A stretch of DNA of 64,000 nt from Tetramitus jugosus. Its lineage: Eukaryota > Protista > Heterolobosea. Numbering within the stretch: the first letter of the stretch is position 1; each line of letters starts with the position of its first letter. Under the pieces are notes generated by a model. The model was not told the DNA's origin, made no database searches, and saw only the letters and a list, made by a program, of their open reading frames with translations. Shown here one piece after another: positions 23,629-36,100 of the stretch. The DNA lies in assembly GCA_937625935.1 (NCBI GenBank), contig OW569376.1:62001-126000 (forward strand), written 5' to 3'. The position numbers and the translations under genes are program-made.

Positions 23629-24792
23629 TTACGGTATTATTGCTGTTCTCTCACCGACTCGTAGTTTAGCGGATCTACTCCGAGGATTGGCCTTAATTTC
23701 ATCCATTGATGGCACAATCGGCTCCTTTGTCAGAACCTTGAACAGTGGTCTTTCTGATGAACTATTGTGTTGCAAGAACCGTTTGGCGATTCGATCTTCC
23801 AAAGAATGATAACTAACGACACACAATTTTCCACCTGGACACAACAGCTTCTCACTTGCAATCAATGCATCTCGAATCGATGCCAACTCGTCGTTGACAT
23901 GAATTCGAATGGCTTGGAATGTTTTTGTTGATGGATCCTTGAAGCCACTGCCTCCAGTCGACGAACTGCTTGCATGTCTATGCGTGCCAGTGATACTTGG
24001 AACGGCTGAGCGAACAATCTGTGCCAACTGACTTGTCGTTTCAATGACACTCGTCTTCCTATAGTTCACAATGGCACGTGCAATCCGATTGGCATACTTT
24101 TCTTCGCCATAATCATGAATAATGTGGCTCAGCTCCTGTTCACTCAACTGATTTACAATGTCCTTGGCAGTGATGCTACTCTGATCCACAAACTGACCCA
24201 TTCTCATGTCTAATGGACCGTCCAAGTGGGAACGAAAGGAGAAACCTCGATTGGAATCATCGAGTTGCATAGAAGAGACACCCAAGTCGAACACAATACC
24301 ATGAACACACAAATCTTGCTTTGCCTTGTTGTTTAGACTGTGTAAATGAGTCAATACTTGTTGGTGCATGTGTCTAAAGTTGACACCAGCCATCATTAAG
24401 CGCTCTTTGCCAAATTCTTGCCAAATGGACTCTGCAGCTAACTTGACTTGACCATTGTCAGAGTGATAGTCCATATCAAACGCATGAACAATGGATTTTG
24501 GATAGGTGCTCAGTAGAGCTCTTGTGTAACCACCGAGACCAAACGTGGCATCCACAAAGTGCAATTCTTGATCCTTGTGGAATTCAACCGTAGTTGGGAG
24601 TTTTGGCGCCTCTGCGGAAGTTGGCACCGTTTTTTTTGGCGCTTTTTTTTTGCCTTTGAGATCTCTTGTTGTGTTTGTTGTTGCTGCCGTGATGTTGGAT
24701 GGAAAAATATGGGAAACACATTCTTTGAGAAGCACGGGAATGTGAGAAAAGGATGGCGGTTTTTGCATCAGTTTCGTTGTCGTATGATTCAT
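23629..24792 (-). CDS. METTL15: RsmH/MraW (METTL15) small-subunit rRNA m4C methyltransferase, probably mitochondrial
   Basis: HIPVLLKE, VDATFGLGG, FDLGVSSMQLD..RGFSF..GPLDMRM, TFQAIRIHVNDEL, SYHSLEDRIAK, NPRSRSAKLR. Confidence 0.95.
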   Translation of the reverse strand: MNHTTTKLMQKPPSFSHIPVLLKECVSHIFPSNITAATTNTTRDLKGKKKAPKKTVPTSAEAPKLPTTVEFHKDQELHFVDATFGLGGYTRALLSTYPKSIVHAFDMDYHSDNGQVKLAAESIWQEFGKERLMMAGVNFRHMHQQVLTHLHSLNNKAKQDLCVHGIVFDLGVSSMQLDDSNRGFSFRSHLDGPLDMRMGQFVDQSSITAKDIVNQLSEQELSHIIHDYGEEKYANRIARAIVNYRKTSVIETTSQLAQIVRSAVPSITGTHRHASSSSTGGSGFKDPSTKTFQAIRIHVNDELASIRDALIASEKLLCPGGKLCVVSYHSLEDRIAKRFLQHNSSSERPLFKVLTKEPIVPSMDEIKANPRSRSAKLRVGERTAIIP

Positions 24793-24857
24793 TTTTTTGA
24801 GCTTTTGTTTTTCGTTGTGTGAAAATGTTGCATTTAGGTTGTTGGGTGGTAGTTTAT

Positions 24858-25493
24858 TTACATGATGTTACACTTGAGCTTCTTGATTCTCATGGTTCCT
24901 CTTCGCTTCTTTGCTGGCATCTTCTTGGATGATGATTCCTCAACCTCCTCTTCAATCTCTTCATCCTTGCCGTTCACTTTCCGAACAATATTTGTCAGTA
25001 ATGTATCAAAAATCTGATCAATGTTAAGGTTCTTCTTTGCACTGCATTCAATGAAGGAGGTATAACCACCACACGACCGAACAAACTCTTCTGCTTCTTC
25101 TGTGCTGATGGTTCTCTCCTCTTCAATGTCACACTTGTTTCCAACAAAGATCACTGGAATTGTTCCGGAATCAACATCCTTACTCCTTAACAATTGTTCG
25201 TACATTTCTTTCACTTCATAAAAACTGGAAGGATCAGTGATTGAGTAGACCAAGATGTATCCCTCGCCGAATCTCATGTATTGATCCCTCATAGCAGAGT
25301 ACTCTTCTTGTCCAGCAGTATCCAGCAAGTCAACCTTGACGGCACGACCTTCAAAGTGCACCAATTTGGTGTAGCTATCTTCGATTGTGGGATTGTATCT
25401 TTCGTTGTACTCTTTTGAAACGAATTGCATAGTTATTGCACTCTTACCAACGCCTCCTGAACCGAGGATTACGAGCTTGTAGTTGTCTGCCAT
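24858..25493 (-). CDS. Ras-family small GTPase
   Basis: GSGGVGKS, YNPTIEDSY, DTAGQEEYSAMRDQYMR, NKCD, SAK, polybasic tail and CaaX (CNIM). Confidence 0.95.
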   Translation of the reverse strand: MADNYKLVILGSGGVGKSAITMQFVSKEYNERYNPTIEDSYTKLVHFEGRAVKVDLLDTAGQEEYSAMRDQYMRFGEGYILVYSITDPSSFYEVKEMYEQLLRSKDVDSGTIPVIFVGNKCDIEEERTISTEEAEEFVRSCGGYTSFIECSAKKNLNIDQIFDTLLTNIVRKVNGKDEEIEEEVEESSSKKMPAKKRRGTMRIKKLKCNIM

Positions 25494-25648
25494 CTTGTTT
25501 TTCTAGTATTGTAACTTTAACTGTTTGTTTTAAGGTAAGTATGTGAGTACTTGATTGTTGCTTCTGTTTGTTGTTGGATTAATCCTATCATTCGCGAGTT
25601 GGAAAGTCATTAAATAGTTATCCCAGCCGTATTCCATGGTCGGTTCAC

Positions 25649-27967
25649 ATGTACTCCGCTGCTCATTCCTGCGAACACACCTACTCCACCTATCAACTGT
25701 CACCAATCCATTTGTCCGAGCACAAGTTTTGGCGCAGAAAAAATGCATTTACGATGATCAAGTCACGAAATGACACACGAACAGATCACGAACAAAATGA
25801 TCAATCCATTGAGAACTTGGAGCAACTATTGACCCGTCATTTGCAATCACTCCAGCATGACAGTGATGACGAACATACAATCATTTCTCCAACGAGCCTC
25901 TTCTCATACTATGAGCAATGTCTGAGCTTCCAAGAATTAAAGCAAGTGATTGATCAATGCTTTCAAGAGCTACAAGAGTGGAAAAGCAAGTGCCTAAGGT
26001 GTGAATCATCTCTCCTCAAGCTTCAAACCAATATCTCCAATTGGAAGGAATCTCTGTCTCAAGTGTCGAAGCTCTTGTTGCACAATGTGGAGCAGAACAA
26101 GGTTCTCTCTCGCCAAACAGTGTCTCTGTTGTCTAGAGCTCAAAAGGAACATGAAGAAGCTGAAGGACAAAAGTCAAAATCTGTTGAGCAGCAAGAAGCA
26201 ACAAAAGAACAAGAAGAAAAGAACAACTCTGCTTCAATTGAGTTGACAGAGTGGGAACAGAGGAACAAACAACTGGAATATGAAGCTCTACGCTCGTTGT
26301 TTGCTGATGAGTGGGCTGTCAATACCATTCAATCGTTGTTGGACGTCAATTCTCTTTCTTCAAAGAGTTTGTCTGATTTTGGAGCAATAGAACAAAAGAA
26401 TCATGTCAACAAAAGTGATGAGTCGAAACAATGGTACATCTTACTAAATAGTTATTGGAATGAATATGACTTGGAAAAGTTTGAACATATCGTTCAAGGA
26501 CCAATCGTAGTTCCCTATCGAAGTATGATGAATGTAGTGAAGCATGTCATGGTGTTATCAAAAGTACTGACCGAAGAATCAAATGCATGGTGTCGACTGA
26601 ACGATATGATTCATCAACTCTCTCAATTGAGCAACATTTTGAGCGAAAAGAATCGAGCAGATGATTCAGAATCCAATTGGTTGATTGCAAATCGATTGTT
26701 TGAGACACTTGTCCATCCACAGGTCATCGTAAACATGCATATTGTCCAAAGAGACAAAAGAAAGCTCGCTGCTCGGATTCAATCGATTGTGAATCAAGTT
26801 TCACATATTTTGCAATCAAATATCATCACTGACCAACAAATTAAATTCCAGGATCGTCATTTTAAACGAGAGAGAATATGGACAACTGTATTGCAGAACG
26901 CTCATTTTGATGACTCTTGCCACCTCTTTTATCGACATTACTCCCGAGTTGGCATGTTATCTGATGTATTAGTATCTATGTGTAAGGGCAAAGCAAGCAG
27001 CAGAACACCAAAACAAGTTGATCTTAAATCCGAACTGCTATACTATTTGTTAAAGAAACCTCAGAGTTCTTTTATAGAACCAGAGTATTCGAACGGTATT
27101 GCACTATTTGAATTGAATGAACGCATTACTGTGCTGAAAACCAAGCCAAATAATGGCACGCTGAAACCAGAAGTGAAGTCATCTGATGAGCCCACAAACG
27201 ATGATGATTCCTCATTGCTTCGGTCTCATATAGCTGAGGCAGTCATAAAGCGTCTCAAAAAACTGAAAGCTCGATCAGCAAGACGGCAACTCTCCTCTGA
27301 TCCAGGTCGATTTGAAAGATACGAGCTCAGAAAGAAATTGAAACAATTTATTTTACAAAGCATATCTATCGTGAAACTATTGAATCCAATAGAACAGGAC
27401 AAGGAAACTACCAAAGATCGACTATTCGAGCTCTTGGCCTACGACTATGAACGAATCAAACTCTTTCGATTTTTGCTCAAAAGAGCAACGTTTTTACAGC
27501 CAGACTCAGTTCTATTGATCCAAAAGAGCAACCTTATTAAGCACTATGCACTGTTGTCTCCAGAACAAAAGCACGAACAATTCTTGCATCGCTACTATCG
27601 GATACACTATCATTTGAACAAGTGGAACAGTATCCAAGAGATTGAAGCGTATGAAGCATTGGTGCTATCCTATGGAAAGCGTCTCATTCGTCAACATGAG
27701 CAATACCAACGAACGAGCAATCAATCTTCCAAGGCATTCTTCAAGTGTATGGACCAAGTCCTCTCAGCCTCCACCGAAAATGCACTCTTGCAATGTGAAG
27801 GTCTCCACAATCACCTCATACTTCAGTCTGCCCAAACATTGAGCTTACTGGATCATTTCGCTCACTCTCAATCCTCAGCATCCACAGTGCAGCGAACAAC
27901 CAAGTCTCTCGTTCTCCAATATCGGCATAACTTCTCATCCTTCCAGTTTCGCGTCCTTACCGAATGA
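25649..27967 (+). CDS. Hypothetical helical/coiled-coil protein (772 aa; true start may be a downstream ATG)
   Basis: Long uninterrupted ORF with N-terminal coiled-coil character; family not recognised. Confidence 0.7.
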   Translation: MYSAAHSCEHTYSTYQLSPIHLSEHKFWRRKNAFTMIKSRNDTRTDHEQNDQSIENLEQLLTRHLQSLQHDSDDEHTIISPTSLFSYYEQCLSFQELKQVIDQCFQELQEWKSKCLRCESSLLKLQTNISNWKESLSQVSKLLLHNVEQNKVLSRQTVSLLSRAQKEHEEAEGQKSKSVEQQEATKEQEEKNNSASIELTEWEQRNKQLEYEALRSLFADEWAVNTIQSLLDVNSLSSKSLSDFGAIEQKNHVNKSDESKQWYILLNSYWNEYDLEKFEHIVQGPIVVPYRSMMNVVKHVMVLSKVLTEESNAWCRLNDMIHQLSQLSNILSEKNRADDSESNWLIANRLFETLVHPQVIVNMHIVQRDKRKLAARIQSIVNQVSHILQSNIITDQQIKFQDRHFKRERIWTTVLQNAHFDDSCHLFYRHYSRVGMLSDVLVSMCKGKASSRTPKQVDLKSELLYYLLKKPQSSFIEPEYSNGIALFELNERITVLKTKPNNGTLKPEVKSSDEPTNDDDSSLLRSHIAEAVIKRLKKLKARSARRQLSSDPGRFERYELRKKLKQFILQSISIVKLLNPIEQDKETTKDRLFELLAYDYERIKLFRFLLKRATFLQPDSVLLIQKSNLIKHYALLSPEQKHEQFLHRYYRIHYHLNKWNSIQEIEAYEALVLSYGKRLIRQHEQYQRTSNQSSKAFFKCMDQVLSASTENALLQCEGLHNHLILQSAQTLSLLDHFAHSQSSASTVQRTTKSLVLQYRHNFSSFQFRVLTE

Positions 27968-28133
27968 AGCAGGAGCAATCCTTCAGACAGGAGAAATTAA
28001 AAAAAAAAACGACACACAAAAATTCGCAGCAGGAAGAAGACAGCATCACAAATCACACACGCATTACTACTTCTTCAACACACTGTCCACACAAAAACCA
28101 CCACAACAACAACCTCACCACAGTTTAAACAAC

Positions 28134-29690
28134 ATGTTGAATCATCAATCACTTGTCAGTTTTGCCACAGAAGACGACAAGACTCAATCACTCTTTTATC
28201 ACAAATCAGTCGAAGAATCCGTCAAATGGAAGCTTCTATCCAAGAATGAGGTCAAACCAAGAACCTCTCACGCATCATCAGGCATACCTGGCACACCACA
28301 CTTTTATGTCGTGGGTGGTTCCGACGGTACGTTCTGTGAACCTCTCATTGATCAATTCTTCATCTCATTTGACTTTGAGAAGGGTGTTTGGAAGGATTTG
28401 ACCAGTACGATACACAACTCTACTGCCACGAGTGGTGATACGTTGTCTCCACTGGGTGCTTCTGCTGCTGCAGCCAACAATGCACACATTTTTGACTCTC
28501 AATCATCATCATCATCACCAACAACAACATCACAAACAACATCAAGTAACAACAAATCATTCACTTCAACAACAACACCATCAACATCATCTGATTTTTT
28601 GACACCACGTATTGGACACTCCATGGTCGGATTGCTCGATGGAAGAATCATTGGTTCACAAGTACCACTTCGACTGGACACGCTCAGTCAACAACAGACA
28701 CAAGTCAGACACTCTGCACTGTTGGTGTTTGGTGGATGGACAGACAATGCAACCACTACGAATGAATTGTGGAAATTTAATGTGTTGACCAACACTTGGC
28801 ACAATTTGACCAGTGTTCAATACGGCAGTATTCCACCTGTTCGGTCCAATCACTCCTGCGTACTCATTGATGATCAAATGATTGTGTTTGGAGGATTGGG
28901 TCAAAATCCGGATGATTTGCTGTGTGATACGTTTATTCTGGATTTGAATACGTTGGAGTGGACAAGTGTCACGTATTTGGGAACTGAAGGTGTGGACTAT
29001 CCTCACAAGTCTCGCTCTCATGCGTGTGCTGTTCACAGAAAACGAATGGTTTTGTTTGGCGGTGGTTCAGACAAGGTGTGCTACAATGATCTCTGGGCGT
29101 TTGACTTGTTGGTCAAGAGATGGATCAAGGTGGAGCCTCAGGAACCACGACTATTCAAGGAAGTGAAGAAGAAGCAAGCAGAGAGAAGACAGTTGCACTC
29201 GTATGCACTGAGTTGGTTGAGTGAGTTGGGTATTCCACCGACTGCAGTCTTCAAACAACCAGAGCCAAGACTGTTTAGTGTGGGAGTTGTGACCGATGTG
29301 GACCAATTCTTTGTGTTTGGTGGACGCAACGGAAAACAAAAGATTAATGAAACGTGGAGATTTGATTTCGAGTCTCACGAATGGACATTGCTCCAGTTTG
29401 GAGACATGAGTGAAATCAAGCAGATTATTGCACCAGAACCAGAGGAAGAAGATGAAAACGAGCCAGCACCAGCCCCTAAAATCAGGCCATCACCAAGATC
29501 TGGCTGCTCCATATCCACGATTACGAAATCAGATGGCAGCACAAAGATTCTCATGTTTGCCGGTGCGGAAGCAACCAAAAAGAGCTCTGAGCTATGGGAA
29601 CTCAAGGTACAACCTGATCAAACAAGAAACAATCTGTTCAGAGTATTGGAACGGAAGACATTCTCTGATATTGACATTATCACCTGCTGA
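28134..29690 (+). CDS. Kelch-repeat beta-propeller protein
   Basis: Repeats PRTSHAS..VVGG, PRIGHSM..VFGGW, RSNHSCV..VFGG, RSHACAV..LFGG, PR..VFGG, PSPRSGCS..MFAG. Confidence 0.9.
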   Translation: MLNHQSLVSFATEDDKTQSLFYHKSVEESVKWKLLSKNEVKPRTSHASSGIPGTPHFYVVGGSDGTFCEPLIDQFFISFDFEKGVWKDLTSTIHNSTATSGDTLSPLGASAAAANNAHIFDSQSSSSSPTTTSQTTSSNNKSFTSTTTPSTSSDFLTPRIGHSMVGLLDGRIIGSQVPLRLDTLSQQQTQVRHSALLVFGGWTDNATTTNELWKFNVLTNTWHNLTSVQYGSIPPVRSNHSCVLIDDQMIVFGGLGQNPDDLLCDTFILDLNTLEWTSVTYLGTEGVDYPHKSRSHACAVHRKRMVLFGGGSDKVCYNDLWAFDLLVKRWIKVEPQEPRLFKEVKKKQAERRQLHSYALSWLSELGIPPTAVFKQPEPRLFSVGVVTDVDQFFVFGGRNGKQKINETWRFDFESHEWTLLQFGDMSEIKQIIAPEPEEEDENEPAPAPKIRPSPRSGCSISTITKSDGSTKILMFAGAEATKKSSELWELKVQPDQTRNNLFRVLERKTFSDIDIITC

Positions 29691-29902
29691 GTCGTGTCAC
29701 CACAACGGAGTGAAAACAACTCCGACATGCCTAATACTCCTCTCTCTTCTGCTAAATAATTGAACATTCAACAAAAAGCTTTCACACAAAAATTTTTGTC
29801 GCTTCTTGCACCCACTCTCACGAAAATAACCCCTAAGAAGAACAACAAACACACACAGAAACACACGTAAAACAACAACAAACAACAAACAACAAGAATA
29901 AA

Positions 29903-31056
29903 ATGGGAAAATTAAAAGCCACATTCTCAACATTGAGCAGTTCCAGAAAAGTCAAAAAGCAAGTGGATAAAAAACTACCAAAAGTCATTGAAAACCCAAA
30001 GAAAATGATGGTTATCTCTGGCAGAAAAACAAGTAACACACTCAAAGAAGCTCTCCTAGATTTAGTATGTTGTTTGTCACTATTGTCATCATCACCATCA
30101 TCATCATCATCATTACTTAAACATTTTTTGACTTACTTTTTTGTAAAATGGTTGAACAACTATAGCACAAATTGAAGCGACCTCATTGCTTGAACATGAC
30201 GAGACAATCCCATGATTTTTTGCCGTTTGAAAACGTGGCTGATTTGGAAAATTTTTGCAAGAGATATGACTGCTCTCATTTCATGCTCGGTTCACACACA
30301 AAGAAACGTCCAAACAACATTACCCTTGGTCGATTGTTCAATTTTCAAATGCTTGATATGATTGAGTTTGGTATCAAGAGCTTTAGTGGTATTGGTAGCA
30401 GCACCGGTAAGAAGAACATGGACGAAGAAACGAATTCTTCCAATTTATTCTCGAACAATATCGGCTCCAAAATGTGTTTGCTTTTCCAGGGTGATGCTTT
30501 TGTAAACGACGAGCGAATGAAAACGGTTCAAAATCTATTTTTGGATTGTTTCCGTGGTGAGAGCGATGTGAAAAAAATCAACTTGCTCGGTTTGGATCAT
30601 GTCATGGTGGTGTCTGCTCTGGACGAAAAGTCGATTCACATTGGTCACTATGCCATTCAGTTTGAAAAGTCTGGTCAACAGACACCCAATGTCATTTTGC
30701 ACAATATTGGACCTAATATGGTGCTCGAAATCAAGAGACACTTTTTTGCTGGTGTGGATTTGAGAAGAGAAGCACTCAAGGTACCAAAGGTGCTCACTCA
30801 GAAGAACAAGGACATGAAGAATGTGTTTATCAACGAGTTGGGTGATCGTGAGGCCAAGGTCTTTGTTGAACAACAAGAAATTGGAACGATTGCACTCAGA
30901 AAAACAAAGGCATTGTCAAAGACTGAGAAGGCAAAGGCTGAGGATCAAGAGAGATCAGACGCATTGGCAGAGAAACTCTTGGCAAAGAAGAGAGCTTTTG
31001 TTCAAGAAAATCAAGAGTCTTCTGCTGCTCCAGCAACCAAGAAGAGAAAGCTGTAA
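29903..31056 (+). CDS. RPF2: Ribosome production factor 2 (Brix domain); exons 29903-30064 and 30166-31056
   Basis: PKVIENPK; intron 30065-30165 gives DLHKLKRP; PFEN, DCSHFMLGSHTKKRPNNITLGRLF, NLFLDCFRG. Confidence 0.93.
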
Positions 31057-31125
31057 GAGCTTTTTGGCTTCAGAAAATCACTCTCGTAAAAATGGCAAGT
31101 TTTTGCCCAAAAACACACACGTTGT

Positions 31126-31545
31126 TTACTTTCTTTGTGGTTGTCTGTTGTAAGGGAAGCTTCTGGCGTCGAGTGCAGTCTCTGTAACAACATCGAGTGA
31201 TGTGGTCAATCCGACATAGTGACCTTGAGTGTCCTTGACCAGTACGTGATGTCTCTTGTTCTTCATCATCAACTCTGCCAAATTGTCTCTCTGTTGATTC
31301 TCATCAATGTACAACAATTCTCTGTTCATAATGGTGTTGACTGGTGAGGTGACTGGGTGATCATTGACATAGGCCTTGACGAGTTCAGTTCTCGTCACAA
31401 TACCCAACGGCTCACCAGCATCGCCCAACACGATCACAGATCCGATTCTCTTGTCGATAATTAATTGTCCGGCTTGTCTGATGGTGTCATTGGCATGGAG
31501 GGAGACAACCTTGTCTTTTGGGACCATAAAATCTTTGACTTTCAT
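31126..31545 (-). CDS. Stand-alone CBS-pair (Bateman domain) protein
   Basis: MKVKDFM, IGSVIVL..PLGIVTRTEL, PVNTIMNR, YVGLTTSLDV. Confidence 0.85.
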   Translation of the reverse strand: MKVKDFMVPKDKVVSLHANDTIRQAGQLIIDKRIGSVIVLGDAGEPLGIVTRTELVKAYVNDHPVTSPVNTIMNRELLYIDENQQRDNLAELMMKNKRHHVLVKDTQGHYVGLTTSLDVVTETALDARSFPYNRQPQRK

Positions 31546-31750
31546 TTTTTATGCTGCTTTATTCGTTTGTGTGCAAGTAGTCGTATTCGATCGATAGAAA
31601 GCAGATCAAGAGTTGGTTTTTTTATGATTGAGAACCCCAGAAAAGCTTTTTCCTTGATGTCGATAGGATGAATTGATCTCCACCTCGGCACCGAAACGAC
31701 CAATCAAGCCATCAAGTGGTTTATTTTTGGAGATTTCTGGTGACATCATG

Positions 31751-33061
<1,311 letters not shown>

Positions 33062-33196
33062 GATGCTCAAGACAAATCCTTTGAGAAATTCTTTTGTTGT
33101 GGTTGGTACTGTAGAAGAGAGTTTCCCCGAAAAGAAATCGGTTGTGATCAAGTGGTGCATTGGGAAACTCTTGTTGTCTCAGTACTTGCTCAAGAC

Positions 33197-36100
33197 ATGT
33201 CCAGAAGCAACAATACTTCTAAGGGAAGAACTAAATCATCAAAGATTAATGATCCAATTTCCTTTCTTTCAGATTATTCGGATACCATAGAGTGCGAGTT
33301 TCCTCCTTGGAATCAGGTCGTTGTTGAAGAGACCATTAAGAACTTGGAGTTGAGAAAAAGAGAAGAACAAATTGCTGCACTGACTGGAGAGACTAGCTCA
33401 ACCCTGAAACAAAAGAAAGAGCAAGCCAAGGGAAAATCTAGTATCAATGGGAATTCCACCACCGATAAAACCGAAGAACTCATTGGGAAAATGCTTGAGG
33501 AACCCGTACCTCATATCCCATTTCTTGACATAGCTGTTTGGAAGTCCATCTTGGTCAAGAGAAATCCTTGTCTTGTTCGTATTCCATTCTCCATCCACCC
33601 CTATTATGATGTTATCAAGCTCGATAGTCAAGCAGAGATTACAAGTCATGAAACTCTAGAGAAAAAGAAGGGAGAAACAAGGACTAATAGGAGGGAGTCC
33701 GCTATCGATACCACTTCAGATATGAATGCTGTAGAATATGACGAAGAGACACTCATCTCTTTCCAGGATGATTACACCAAGTACCACCAGTTACCTGACA
33801 TCCATTCAAAAGGAAGTTGGACTGATGCTTTCGTTTCTGTCTTGTCTTACATGAGTTCCTATCACTCAAATTTCGATTTGGGATGTTACTTATGGGAACG
33901 GATATGGCCCAAATTCGAGGGAAGCGAGATTCTCCCTTCTATAACACCCCTGTGTAAATATTTTGTTAAGTTGTATTATGAGTGGAGCGAGCGGATCATC
34001 GTGGTAGATGACTTGATACCTCATGATGAAAATGGGAGAGTTGTATTTCCGCTAACGGAAAGGAACGAGTATTGGCCCACAATTCTATACAAAGCATTGT
34101 TGAAGTTATCGAGAAATAATGAATATTTAATGAATGATCCCTTGTGGTTGTTGTCATGTCTCTCTGGATTTTATCCTCAAACAAGTCTCATTAATTCTAC
34201 TACTCCATCAAAGATTGAGTCTGTGTTAGTGAGATCAAACGAGATAAAGAAGCAGTTCAACATCTTACAGAAGATCCATATCGATGGCAAAGTAGCTTCG
34301 AAAGTTCCTACAGGATCTCATCAGTTAATGTCCCAAATGATATGTGCTACTCGCAACCAGGATTCTGAAGCAGAGAACAAAGACCTTGCGTTGGGTCTAT
34401 CCGAATCAGCGATGTATGATATCATCGGAATATCATCAATAAGTGGGGAGGGTTTTATTCATTTATCTTCGCCCCATATCAATTTTTCAGGGCAGTATAG
34501 CTATCAACAAACTGAAGTATGGAATGCTGAATTTGAGGAGTTAATAGGATTTTGTAAACAAAACAGAAGTATGGATCCAATGAAGACTGACTTTTGGATG
34601 TCGTTATCTGAGTTTCAAAGTACTTTTAAGTATGTTCATGTTTTCGATAATCTGAATGACTATCATCATCATGTAATTATTAGAAAGGAGAGATTGGAGG
34701 ACGAATGTTGGTTGTTTTCTGATGAGGACCAAGAAGTGATGATCCAGTATTCTTCTGCGTCACTACTTCTTCCCCCATCTTGTAATTTGGAGAGTTACAA
34801 TTGGAAGCAAGAAACTGAGTTTCAACAAAGGGAAGAGTTGATATTCTATTCCAACAATGGACTCCAGAAGTTTTTCATTCCTAAGGGAAATGAAGAACAC
34901 ACTCTTCGAATGAGAATGCATGACATGAACAAGGATAGCGCCCTTGTATTCTTTTCAAAATCAAATTTTGTGGTTGGTCGAGGAAATGATGTTAAAATCG
35001 GAAAGATGAAGATATCTACCTATCGAACAGAAGAAGAGCAATGTCCCTCTCAGAAACAAGATGAATTCAAACTTTGGTTTTTGAAGAAACTGAAGGTGTT
35101 AGATCAACCAGGTTTTATCAACATTCTTCTTAGTTACGAATCACCAGAAAGAACAATTGACAATAATTCCCTTCAATTTCAGCTGATTAATAACGATACT
35201 CTGGAGACTATTAAGTCAAATGATAGGAGGATAATGCCTCTTCAGCTTTGTCCGAATACATTTGGTTACTCATTGGTGGCTTACTCACATTGTCCAATTG
35301 ACCACTTGAATCGATACCATCTAGAGGTTACCTCTGACACGAGTGTAGGAGAAATTGAGTCGATACCGCCGAGTTCAATTTTTTCAGCTCAGTTGACAGG
35401 AAGTTATAACATTAATGAAACGAATGAATTGTTTAGGTATGAGATAAGAACTGGAGATATTGCAACATTGACTGCTCGAGTATCAGTCTCGCATCATATC
35501 GAGACGATAATTGAAGTGAGTAAGATAGAGGAAGTTGTAAGCTCCAAGGTTCAGAGTGATAGTAAATCAGAGATAGTGGCCAGATACACTTGCGATGAAG
35601 GATACGTTGTTCTTCCTTTGGTACTACTCGAACCCACCGACAAAAGTAAAACACGAACGTACACGCTTACAGCGAGAATAGACAATTCAGCTGCAGAGTT
35701 GATCAAAGAAAAACGAGCAATGGTAATTAAAAAGGAACTAGAGAGTCTTCACCCTTCAGATATTAAGGCTTATCACTTGGAAAGAGAGACATCTCTCGAG
35801 TTAGAAGAGGGAACCAGCAAGACACCATTGAAGAAGAAGAAGGGTCCACAATCCAGAGAAAGAGAGGCAACAAAACGGGCTGTTTCTTCGAGCAAAGCAA
35901 AAAAGAATGTAGGGAAGAGAGAAGCAACTATCCCTTCGAAATTACAACAACCGGAGATAATCACAATCGAGAAGGTAGACAAGTTTGTGAATGATTCTGA
36001 CTTCTGTGAGAAACTATCAGAGTTCCGAGTTTTGACTCTGGAAGGTGTGGCTCCTTCTCTGAAACAACCTAATGAGGATTTGTCATACTCGATTGAATTA

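Noticed and set aside
25531-25545. ATACTTACC on the minus strand resembling the U1 snRNA 5' end
   Set aside because: It is followed by A-rich leader and the Ras start codon, with no U1 stems or Sm site; a chance match or splice-donor-like sequence.
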